Below, piece after piece: positions 49,598 to 57,747 of a DNA stretch of 64,000 nucleotides. The position numbers were made by a program, and so were the translations under genes. A model generated the notes under the pieces. That model searched no databases. It saw only the letters and a program-made list of their open reading frames with translations, and was not told the DNA's origin. This DNA comes from Bacillota bacterium. GTDB taxonomy: Bacteria; Bacillota; Clostridia; Peptostreptococcales; Anaerovoracaceae. Positions within the stretch are counted from its first letter, which is position 1. Each line of letters starts with the position of its first letter. The stretch covers positions 10,015 through 74,014 of the forward strand of contig JAFSUI010000029.1 of the NCBI GenBank assembly GCA_017445315.1. The letters run 5' to 3'.

Positions 49598-50161
49598 TTA
49601 CACTCCTAGTTTATCCATAAGTTCCGTTAGCGCCATCTCTCTCATCTCAGAATCCATCTTTACCAAATCGTAAATAAACGGATCCCTGATTAAATGCTTC
49701 CACACAGTGAACGTCGCCTTAACAAAACTCTCGTTTAGCGGCATCTCCTCATCTATCAAAGGACATCTATAAGGAAGCTCAATATCATTATAAACCAAGC
49801 TAAGCTCTCCTGCATCATTGATATGCGGTGTCAAAGGAAATGTTCTGCACTGCATCGGCCTTATCTCGCGGCGGCATTTTTCCGGTCCCATGCACTGAAC
49901 AAAATAAACCTTGCCCTTCCAAGACTCCGGAAAATCATAATCTTCTGCATCCTCAGCTGACCACCTAAGCCAGCTATCTTTACGATCGTGAACCTTATCT
50001 TCACCAGGGAGAAGATACATCCCCATTTCGGTGCCGCTTTTTTCTTTGGTACAACAGGCAGCATCACAAAGCTCGCCACAATCGTAGTCGAGCGGCGACA
50101 CTCTGTTGAGGAGTCTATATATTGCCTCGTACGTACTTTTTTTGATAGAGGATTTAATCAT
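49598..50161 (-). CDS. Cys-cluster protein (YkgJ / CxxCxxCC-like)
   Basis: DCGELCDAACC, C..RPMQCRTFP, CPL. Confidence 0.65.
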   Translation of the reverse strand: MIKSSIKKSTYEAIYRLLNRVSPLDYDCGELCDAACCTKEKSGTEMGMYLLPGEDKVHDRKDSWLRWSAEDAEDYDFPESWKGKVYFVQCMGPEKCRREIRPMQCRTFPLTPHINDAGELSLVYNDIELPYRCPLIDEEMPLNESFVKATFTVWKHLIRDPFIYDLVKMDSEMREMALTELMDKLGV

Positions 50162-51588
50162 TTTTGCTCTTCTATTTTCAAAAGGTTTTCGTGGATGGTT
50201 CTTTGGTCGGCGGATTCTATCAGCAGGTCTCTATTTCTCTTGGCCTTGGCGCTCGTGTCAAAGCTGCTTGGACCAAAGAAGCAACCTCCTTTGCAGAACA
50301 TGCCTTCAACAAATTGGAATGGTGCGTCTCCCTTCTGTAGTTCCTTCAAAGCAGTTTTTAGTTCCTCCGCGCCGCTCACAGAATGAACCGAGAGCTCCTC
50401 ATCAAAACCTTCCTCCTTTAGGTAGGCCAAACATGATTTTGCTACACCACCCGCATTGGCAAAGCGCTTTCCGAACACGCTGCTCTCTTGGTAGTTATTC
50501 TCCACAGGAGTGAGTTTTACATCCTTTGCTTTCATAAGAGCTTCAAACTCACTATATATGAGCGCATAATCTGCATTTCCCTCAATCTTATGATCGATTA
50601 CTTCTGACTTCTTGGCGATGCATGGACCTATAAATACCGTAATCGCCTCAGGGTCTCTTGCCTTGATGAGACGGGAGAGCTGGCACATCGGACTCACTGT
50701 GTTGGACACCATATCCGCAATTTCGGGATAATGCTTTTTGATCATATTTACAAATGCCGGACAGCATGAGGTCGTTTTCTTTTCGCCCTTTTCAAATGCC
50801 TCCCTCCACTCCTGTGCCTCTGAAGCAGTGGTAAGATCCGCTCCCAATCCAACCTCTATCAAATCGGTAAATCCTACTTCCTTAGCAGCTTTCTTCCAGC
50901 TTGCCATAGTGATGTCGGGACCGAACTGCCCTTCTGTTGCGGGCGCAAGCATCGCATATACGTGCTTGTTGGATTTGATTGCCTCTATAACGGGAACAAT
51001 ATGGTTTCTGGTTCCAATTGCTCCGAATGGGCAGCTATGGATGCAATGTCCACATCTTATACATTTTTCTTCATCAATCAAAGCCAGACCAAATTCGTCA
51101 TATGTAAGGGCATCCACAGGACACGCGCTCTTGCATGGCCTTTGTATATGAACAATCGCCTTATAAGGACAAGCCTTGGCGCACTGACCGCACTCCTTGC
51201 ATTTAAATCTATCTATTTCCGTATGGTGCTTCCCTGCCGTGATGGCACCGAATTTGCAACTGCTGAGACAGGATTTTCCGACACAGCTCTGACATGTATC
51301 GGCTACAAGATAACCCGAAACGGGACAATCCGCGCAGGCAGGATCGATAACCTGTATTATATTTCCGTTGTCTCTATGGTCGGAGGCCTTGCCCAGAGTA
51401 AGCCTTATGCGTTGCCTGGTTATCTCCCTTTCCCTATATACACAACAGCGATGCGTAGGAAGCGGCCCCGGCCACATCCTCTCCGGCAAAAGATCCAGCT
51501 CCTCCTCCAACGTTCCTTCAAAAGCCATTTTGGCTACTTCAGCTATAATTCTATGTCTTATAGCTATTATCTTATGGTCAGCGTTCAT
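50158..51588 (-). CDS. Monomeric [FeFe]-hydrogenase (group B-like) with ferredoxin domains
   Basis: H-cluster motifs TSCCPAF, GPCIAKKSE, EGMFCKGGCFFGP; several CxxCxxCxxxCP. Confidence 0.9.
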   Translation of the reverse strand: MNADHKIIAIRHRIIAEVAKMAFEGTLEEELDLLPERMWPGPLPTHRCCVYREREITRQRIRLTLGKASDHRDNGNIIQVIDPACADCPVSGYLVADTCQSCVGKSCLSSCKFGAITAGKHHTEIDRFKCKECGQCAKACPYKAIVHIQRPCKSACPVDALTYDEFGLALIDEEKCIRCGHCIHSCPFGAIGTRNHIVPVIEAIKSNKHVYAMLAPATEGQFGPDITMASWKKAAKEVGFTDLIEVGLGADLTTASEAQEWREAFEKGEKKTTSCCPAFVNMIKKHYPEIADMVSNTVSPMCQLSRLIKARDPEAITVFIGPCIAKKSEVIDHKIEGNADYALIYSEFEALMKAKDVKLTPVENNYQESSVFGKRFANAGGVAKSCLAYLKEEGFDEELSVHSVSGAEELKTALKELQKGDAPFQFVEGMFCKGGCFFGPSSFDTSAKAKRNRDLLIESADQRTIHENLLKIEEQK

Positions 51589-51603
51589 ATAAGTCCTCCT
51601 GAT

Positions 51604-51640
51604 TTGTTATTATTTTAACAAGGATTCCACTAATATACAA
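51604..51640 (-). promoter_or_regulatory. Hydrogenase promoter with an overlapping Rex-like operator
   Basis: Minus: TTGTAT, N17, TAAAAT with an extended TG. TTGTTAAAATAATAACAA (51621-51604) matches the clostridial Rex consensus TTGTTAA-N4-TTAACAA with one mismatch. Confidence 0.65.
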
Positions 51641-51644
51641 GCGT

Positions 51645-51681
51645 AAAAAAAGAACCTTCCAGGTTTCCCTAAAAGATCCTT
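51645..51681 (-). terminator. Orphan intrinsic terminator upstream of the hydrogenase promoter
   Basis: AAGGATCTTTTAGG-GAAA-CCTGGAAGGTTCTT plus T-tract; its four G-U pairs work only on the minus strand. Confidence 0.75.
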
Positions 51682-51820
51682 ATATAATATCTACGCAGAT
51701 CCACGGCCTAAACCGTTATCTTTATTATGTCGCCATCCGAAGACTGAATATCAACAAGCGTAATCGGTTTTATGTCAACTTGTCAGCTATCTACGACCAT
51801 TTTTATATCTTTTACTAGAT

Positions 51821-51850
51821 AAAAAAACTCCAGCGATTTCTCGCCGGAGC
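51821..51850 (-). terminator. Terminator after the second M3 homolog
   Basis: CTCCGGCGA-gaaa-TCGCTGGAG plus T7. Confidence 0.85.
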
Positions 51851-51869
51851 AAAAGTATATCAATTTATT

Positions 51870-53576
51870 CTATTCAATATGGCTTTCCAAGAAACTCTTT
51901 ACATATCCTATGGCGTTCTTTACGGCGCCATCCTCATATACCGGCGTCAGATTTGCCTGTTTAAGGATCTCGTTATATTCCTTACTTCCGCCTACGTCAA
52001 TCAGCTCAAGATACTCTTTCCACGCTATTCCAGGCCTTTCAATATACTTTCTGTACATCTCCATAGCATTTACGGTTGCCAATGCGTACTCGATATAATA
52101 TAGAGGCACATAGAAGATGTGGAACTTATGGTACCAGTATCCACCGCGATGCATGAACTCATCATCCTCATCGTATTTTCTCCACGGCATATACTTCTGC
52201 TCAAGCTTATGCCATTCATTTGTTCTTTCCTTTGGCGTGAGATTTGGATTGTCATAGCAGATATGCTGGAACTCATCCACCGCAACGCCAAACGGAATAA
52301 ATGTCATAAAATACTGTAGATTTCCGAACTCATATTTCCATGCATCCTCACCAAATAAGCGATCGGCATATTTGTTGACGAACTGAATCATGGACATGGC
52401 ATTAATCTCGGTAATCTCCGATGATGGGAAATAATACTCCTCTATCGGCTGCCTTCTTGATGCTCTATAAGTAGCAAAGGCATGACCAAGCCCCTCCGAA
52501 AATGATTGTACATCCTCTGCACTTCCATTAAAATGCTCAAACATAAACGGAGCCTTATTGTATGGAAGCAATGTACAGAACTCCCTAAATGCCTTTTCCG
52601 GTCTCGGTTTATAATCTATTAACTCATGGTCGAGCATATAAGTGATGAACTCATCTGTCTCCGGGCTCATCTCATGAAGCATGTCTATAAGCTGACTCAT
52701 CATATATTCAGGATCGCCGACAGGCTTTGCGTTTCCGTCTTGAAAAACAATCTTCTCATCATATGCCATTACGGCATCTATCCCTAGCCTCTTGGCCTGA
52801 GCCTCATATAATTTAGTGCAAAGCGGAACAATTTCATTAACAACCTGCTCCCTGAACTTTGCTACTTCTTCCCTTCCGTAATCCAGTCTTTCTCTCTCAA
52901 GATAGCCTACCGAGACATAGCTGTCGTAACCGAGTCTGTTTGCGATTTGTGTTCTAAGCTTTACGAGCTCATCCCAAACCGTTTCCAGTTTTTCTTCATT
53001 TTCGCTTAAAATTTCAGAGAATGCCTTAAATGCCTCTCTACGAATATTTCTATCCTCATTGGATAATAGTTCCTGTAGATCCATGAAGGATCTTTCTTTT
53101 CCGTCAACCGTCCTTTTGCTGTCAAATAGAATAGTATCATACTCATCGATCAATTCCCGTTCTCTGAGCCTTAACGGAATAATATCATCAGATACAGTTT
53201 TTCTTTTTATTTCGGTCTTAACAAAATACATATGACCGATCTGACTCTCGATCGCCTCTCTATATGGACTCTCGTAAACAACTTCCTTAAAATCAAGTTC
53301 CAATTTATCGAAAAACGGACAGAACTCCTCTGACCATTTCTCATCGTCGGAATATCTCTCATCATACACGTCCATCGCATGCCTGATGCTTATAATTTCA
53401 TTCATTTCCTGAACTCTGCGCACCAAAAGATTGTTTTCGAAGAGTACTTCCAAAACATCATCTTCGCTTTCGGCATTCTTAACCCTTTCGATATGATCCT
53501 CATAAAGAGCCTTGATCATATCCGAACTCGGTCTTGGGGCCTTCAGTTCATCAAATTTCCATGCGCCTCTATTCAA
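51870..53576 (-). CDS. M3 family oligoendopeptidase homolog, HExxH degenerate (EGLGH)
   Basis: Paralog of 46619-48334; the motif position reads FSEGLGHAF; TTG start after AGGAGG. Confidence 0.85.
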   Translation of the reverse strand: MNRGAWKFDELKAPRPSSDMIKALYEDHIERVKNAESEDDVLEVLFENNLLVRRVQEMNEIISIRHAMDVYDERYSDDEKWSEEFCPFFDKLELDFKEVVYESPYREAIESQIGHMYFVKTEIKRKTVSDDIIPLRLRERELIDEYDTILFDSKRTVDGKERSFMDLQELLSNEDRNIRREAFKAFSEILSENEEKLETVWDELVKLRTQIANRLGYDSYVSVGYLERERLDYGREEVAKFREQVVNEIVPLCTKLYEAQAKRLGIDAVMAYDEKIVFQDGNAKPVGDPEYMMSQLIDMLHEMSPETDEFITYMLDHELIDYKPRPEKAFREFCTLLPYNKAPFMFEHFNGSAEDVQSFSEGLGHAFATYRASRRQPIEEYYFPSSEITEINAMSMIQFVNKYADRLFGEDAWKYEFGNLQYFMTFIPFGVAVDEFQHICYDNPNLTPKERTNEWHKLEQKYMPWRKYDEDDEFMHRGGYWYHKFHIFYVPLYYIEYALATVNAMEMYRKYIERPGIAWKEYLELIDVGGSKEYNEILKQANLTPVYEDGAVKNAIGYVKSFLESHIE

Positions 53577-53647
53577 GGATAGTCCTCCTGATTAGTCACC
53601 CCATTATGATAACATTTTAGCGCCAACTTTACAAATGACAGATTCTT

Positions 53648-54298
53648 CTATTCCCAGCTTGTCGCATCGCCCATTGATAGGAAGGATGCGGATTTTACCG
53701 TAAGATCCTGGATTGCTTCCATAACATCTACAATGTCTTCAGCTGAACCGCTTAGTTCCCCCTCGAACTTAACTGCATAGCAAAACGGACCATAGTCGAG
53801 CCAAAATTCCAGTTCCGATGCGTTAAATCCATAACCCTCATTCCATCCTGCATCGGCTAACTCTTTACCGGTCTTACCTACAAGTTTATCTAACTCCTCC
53901 TGGCTAAGTATCCGGTCTGTCATATTCTCTCTTTCAACAATTTCGAGCGGAGAAATGATATCATTCTCAAGCTTTTGGTAGTCTTCATTGGAGTAATCGA
54001 CATTAAAGAGCGCGTCCTTTTCTTCCTGTGTCATATTCGCTTTGAATCTATAATACTGATCGCCCATGCTGAATGCATATACCAGAGTATTATCCGATGT
54101 GCCCCACTGTGTATTCTCTGATTCAACCGCAATTAAGTCGCCGATTGTTTTAAACGAATCGATGTCAAGAGCATCACCTCCGCCGGAGCCACCTGAACCA
54201 CCATCACCCTGGTTCGCCGCGCATCCCGTTGTCATGAGAACAAGTGTGATCACAAGCATCATTGACATTAATAATGACATGGTTTTTTTACTCTTCAT
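53648..54298 (-). CDS. Hypothetical acidic lipoprotein
   Basis: Signal peptide with TTGC lipobox and a Gly/Ser linker; start at MKSKK. Confidence 0.75.
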   Translation of the reverse strand: MKSKKTMSLLMSMMLVITLVLMTTGCAANQGDGGSGGSGGGDALDIDSFKTIGDLIAVESENTQWGTSDNTLVYAFSMGDQYYRFKANMTQEEKDALFNVDYSNEDYQKLENDIISPLEIVERENMTDRILSQEELDKLVGKTGKELADAGWNEGYGFNASELEFWLDYGPFCYAVKFEGELSGSAEDIVDVMEAIQDLTVKSASFLSMGDATSWE

Positions 54299-54380
54299 TG
54301 TTATCCCTCTTTTCATTATACAAACTTCTTCCTCACCAATATTTTACTACAAATCCAGAAAAAAATCAGGAAATAAGCCG

Positions 54381-55265
54381 TTATTTACCTGCTATCTCCT
54401 GATTTATCAATATATCCGTTACTTCCTGCAACGCTATAAACGCCGTTTCGTCTATATCATGCACAAGTCTTTTTAATTTATAGATTTCAAAGTGGTTGAT
54501 AATGATATACACAATCTGCTTATCTTCTTTTGAATATCCGCCTTTAGCGTTTACAATCGTTCCTGTTGCCCGAAAATTGTTCTTGATGGCCTCGGAAATC
54601 TCATCCGCCTTGTTGGTTACAATCATCGCGCATTTAGCTCGATCAAAACCCTCTACAACAAAGTCCACGGTGTTTGCACCAACATAGTAAGTAACGATTG
54701 AATATAGCGGCAATATCCAACTTCTCAATATGATTCCACAGACAGTATATAGAATCAGGTTGAATACCATTACAAACGAACCCAGAGAAAGCCCCACCCT
54801 TTTTGCGAACAAAACCGATAGAACGTCTATGCCGTCTATTGCTCCGCCAAATCGGATTGTAAGGCCGCTTCCAAGTCCGGAAATCACACCGCCAAATATC
54901 GCACACAGAAGCAAATCCGTTCCTGCAAGCGGTGAAACAAAGGAAACATCTATCGGAAGGACATCCATAATCAAGAACGAGACAAGAGCATAGACCATTA
55001 TCGCAAAGATAGAATAGATGGTAAAGCTCTTCCCCATTCTCTTTGCACCATATAAGAATATCGGGACATTTATTACGAACAGAAAAACCGATAGCGTTAG
55101 ATACGACGGCGTAATCTGATCAAGTAACATAGATAAACCGGATACTCCACTGTCGTATAACTTAACCGGAAACAGGAATATCGTTACACCAAATGCATTA
55201 ATACATCCCGCTATCAGCAGCTTTAGAAAATTTGTTAGTTTTACACCTTGCGAGCCTGGCTGCAT
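54381..55265 (-). CDS. YitT family membrane protein
   Basis: SGVSGL, GGAIDGID, GGYS C-terminal domain. Confidence 0.88.
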   Translation of the reverse strand: MQPGSQGVKLTNFLKLLIAGCINAFGVTIFLFPVKLYDSGVSGLSMLLDQITPSYLTLSVFLFVINVPIFLYGAKRMGKSFTIYSIFAIMVYALVSFLIMDVLPIDVSFVSPLAGTDLLLCAIFGGVISGLGSGLTIRFGGAIDGIDVLSVLFAKRVGLSLGSFVMVFNLILYTVCGIILRSWILPLYSIVTYYVGANTVDFVVEGFDRAKCAMIVTNKADEISEAIKNNFRATGTIVNAKGGYSKEDKQIVYIIINHFEIYKLKRLVHDIDETAFIALQEVTDILINQEIAGK

Positions 55266-55297
55266 CTAATTCCTCCTTCAAGGTATAGTCCGGTATG

Positions 55298-56281
55298 TTA
55301 CTCCCACTCTATGGTTCCTGTGGGCTTTGGTGTAACGTCCCAGAGGACTCTGTTTATGCCGGGAACTTCATGTGTTATACGTTCCGTAACGTGCTGGACA
55401 AAATCCCAGTCGAGTTCAGCGGGTTCTGCCGTGATGGCATCAATCGTATTGACCGCACGAATTACGCAAGGCCAGTCAAATGTGCGCTTTCCATCCTTGA
55501 TCCCTGTCGATTTAAAATCCGGGACGACTGTGAAGAATTGCCACACATCATTATCAAGTCCGTCCTTAGCGAATTCTTCTCTTAATATTGCATCGGATTC
55601 TCTTACCGCTTCGAGCCTGTCTCGTGTAATTGCACCCAGGCATCTAACACCAAGCCCCGGTCCCGGGAACGGCTGACGATAAACCATTGTATCCGGCAAG
55701 CCAAGTGCTTTTCCGACCTCGCGCACCTCATCCTTAAACAAAATCTTTACCGGCTCAACGAGTTCAAACTTCAAATCCTCAGGAAGCCCACCCGCATTGT
55801 GATGCGACTTAATTCCATCCTCACTCTCCAGAATATCCGGCCAGATTGTTCCCTGTGCAAGAAAATCTACACCCTCGAGTTTACGCGCTTCTTCAGCAAA
55901 TACTTCTATAAACTCTCCACCGATGATCATACGTTTTTTCTCAGGATCGGAAACTCCGGCAAGTTTATCAAGGAATCTGTCCGTTGCATCTATATAGATT
56001 AAGTTTGCTCCAAGTTCTTTTCCGAATACTTCTATTACCTGCTCCGGTTCACCTTTTCTAAGCAGCCCGTGATTCACGTGAACGCATGTCAGTTGGTCTC
56101 CTATCGCTTTTATGAGAAGCGCCGCAACAACAGAGCTATCCACGCCGCCCGAAAGAGCAAGAAGTACTTTTTTGTCTCCAACCTGCTTTTTTATCTCTTC
56201 TATCTGATCCGCAATAAAGGCCTCAGCTAGTTCAGGCGTATTTATCCTTTTAAAATCATCGGGGCGTCTATCGTAAACCAT
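55298..56281 (-). CDS. guaA: GMP synthase ATP-pyrophosphatase and dimerisation domains only (no GATase domain)
   Basis: [34 protein letters not shown]; 327 aa with its own SD. Confidence 0.88.
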   Translation of the reverse strand: MVYDRRPDDFKRINTPELAEAFIADQIEEIKKQVGDKKVLLALSGGVDSSVVAALLIKAIGDQLTCVHVNHGLLRKGEPEQVIEVFGKELGANLIYIDATDRFLDKLAGVSDPEKKRMIIGGEFIEVFAEEARKLEGVDFLAQGTIWPDILESEDGIKSHHNAGGLPEDLKFELVEPVKILFKDEVREVGKALGLPDTMVYRQPFPGPGLGVRCLGAITRDRLEAVRESDAILREEFAKDGLDNDVWQFFTVVPDFKSTGIKDGKRTFDWPCVIRAVNTIDAITAEPAELDWDFVQHVTERITHEVPGINRVLWDVTPKPTGTIEWE

Positions 56282-56400
56282 TTTCTCCTCCTATTTACAA
56301 AAACTTATAGACTAACATGTTGTTTCGAGGCATATTACTATCTTTTTTACTCTTCGTCGCTGGCAATTATATACTCGACAGCCTCGAATCCTATAAGATT

Positions 56401-57633
56401 CTAGTTAGTATAATTATCGAAATATCCTTGGATGAACACTATCGGCGTTCCTTTGTCGCCGGAGCCGGAAGTGAGGTCCGAGAGTGAACCGATTAAGTCC
56501 GTAAGCTGTCTCGGCGTTGTTCCTTCCGATGCCATATTTCCAACGAGATCCGAATCCTTGCTCTTTATACTTTCTGATATGGCAACCTTAAGTTCTTCAC
56601 CAGAAAGATGAGCAAAATCATTATCGGCAAGATATTTTAGTTTGAGTTCATTCGGGGTTCCCTTAAGTCCGTCGGTGTGGGCAGGCGAAACCACAGGGTC
56701 TGCGAGTTCCCAGATTTTGCCCTGTGGGTCCTTAAATGCACCGTCACCATAGACCATGACCTCTATACGCTTTCCCGTTGCAACAAAGAGTTTGTTTGCA
56801 ATCTCCTTAACGAGTACACTCGCGTCATGCGGAAAGAGTTTTACCATATCTTCCGTAGATTTATTGGAGCCGAGGAGTCCGTATTTGTCGTTGAATCCGC
56901 TCTTTGTTCCGTCCGCTCTCTCAATCGGAGCATTGAGGATGTCATCGAGGCCGCATACAATTTCTGCGCCAGCCGCTTTGAGCAGTCTCTTTGAGCGCGC
57001 TCTCGTATGGATGTCGCAGGTAAGAATTCTCTTGGCGTAGTCAAGAATAGCAGTAGCCTTGTTTGCGAAGATTATTTCAACTTCGCAGCCGGACTCTCTT
57101 ATGATATCTCCATAATAAGAAACATAATCGACTCCGGTAAACGGATGCGGATTTGAACCGAAAAGTTCTCTATACTTTTCTAGCGAAAGAACATCAGAGA
57201 ACGGATCCACTCCCGCTTCATCGAGTGCATCAAGGCTTACGAGTTCGTTTCCTACTTCATCGGATGGATAGCTGAGCTGCAGAACAATTTTCTTTGCTCC
57301 CTTTGCTATTCCTCGCAGGCAAATGGCGAACCTATTGCGCGAGAGAATCGGAAGAATGACTCCTATCACACCGTCGCCACCTCCGGAGACACCGAGTTTT
57401 CTGTCGACATCTAGCGCTATGTCATCTACGGTCGCATAGTTTCCCTGCGCTCTTGCAACTATTGACTCTGTAATTGCAACTATATCCTTGTCGTGAAATC
57501 TGAATCCCCATTCGTCATTCTGCGATGCGGCAATCACGCTATCCGTCACTATTGATACCAGGTCGTCACCTTCTCTTATAATCGGGCAGCGTATGCCTCT
57601 GGAAATAGTTCCGACCAATCTTTCACTACTCAT
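56401..57633 (-). CDS. Coenzyme F420-0:L-glutamate ligase (CofE) family protein
   Basis: PIIREGDDL, TESIVARAQ, DLTSGSGDKGTP. Confidence 0.8.
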   Translation of the reverse strand: MSSERLVGTISRGIRCPIIREGDDLVSIVTDSVIAASQNDEWGFRFHDKDIVAITESIVARAQGNYATVDDIALDVDRKLGVSGGGDGVIGVILPILSRNRFAICLRGIAKGAKKIVLQLSYPSDEVGNELVSLDALDEAGVDPFSDVLSLEKYRELFGSNPHPFTGVDYVSYYGDIIRESGCEVEIIFANKATAILDYAKRILTCDIHTRARSKRLLKAAGAEIVCGLDDILNAPIERADGTKSGFNDKYGLLGSNKSTEDMVKLFPHDASVLVKEIANKLFVATGKRIEVMVYGDGAFKDPQGKIWELADPVVSPAHTDGLKGTPNELKLKYLADNDFAHLSGEELKVAISESIKSKDSDLVGNMASEGTTPRQLTDLIGSLSDLTSGSGDKGTPIVFIQGYFDNYTN

Positions 57634-57651
57634 TAACAAAACCTCCTTATA

Positions 57652-57740
57652 GATTTACAAGGATTTACAATAGGGACGGTTCCACTTGTAAATCTCACCT
57701 ATATGGATTTACAAGTGGAACCGTCCCCACTGTAAATCCT
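57652..57740. repeat. REP/MITE-like nested inverted repeat
   Basis: Perfect 22-bp inverted repeat GGGACGGTTCCACTTGTAAATC (57673-57694 / 57706-57727), outer 10-bp inverted repeat (57660-57669 / 57731-57740), reiterated GATTTACA. Confidence 0.85.
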
Positions 57741-57747
57741 GCAACAA

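Noticed and set aside
50260-50310. Hydrogenase L3 motif CKGGCFFGP looked degenerate
   Set aside because: It still fits ExMxCxxGCxxG, and L1 and L2 are intact, so it is not called a pseudo-enzyme.
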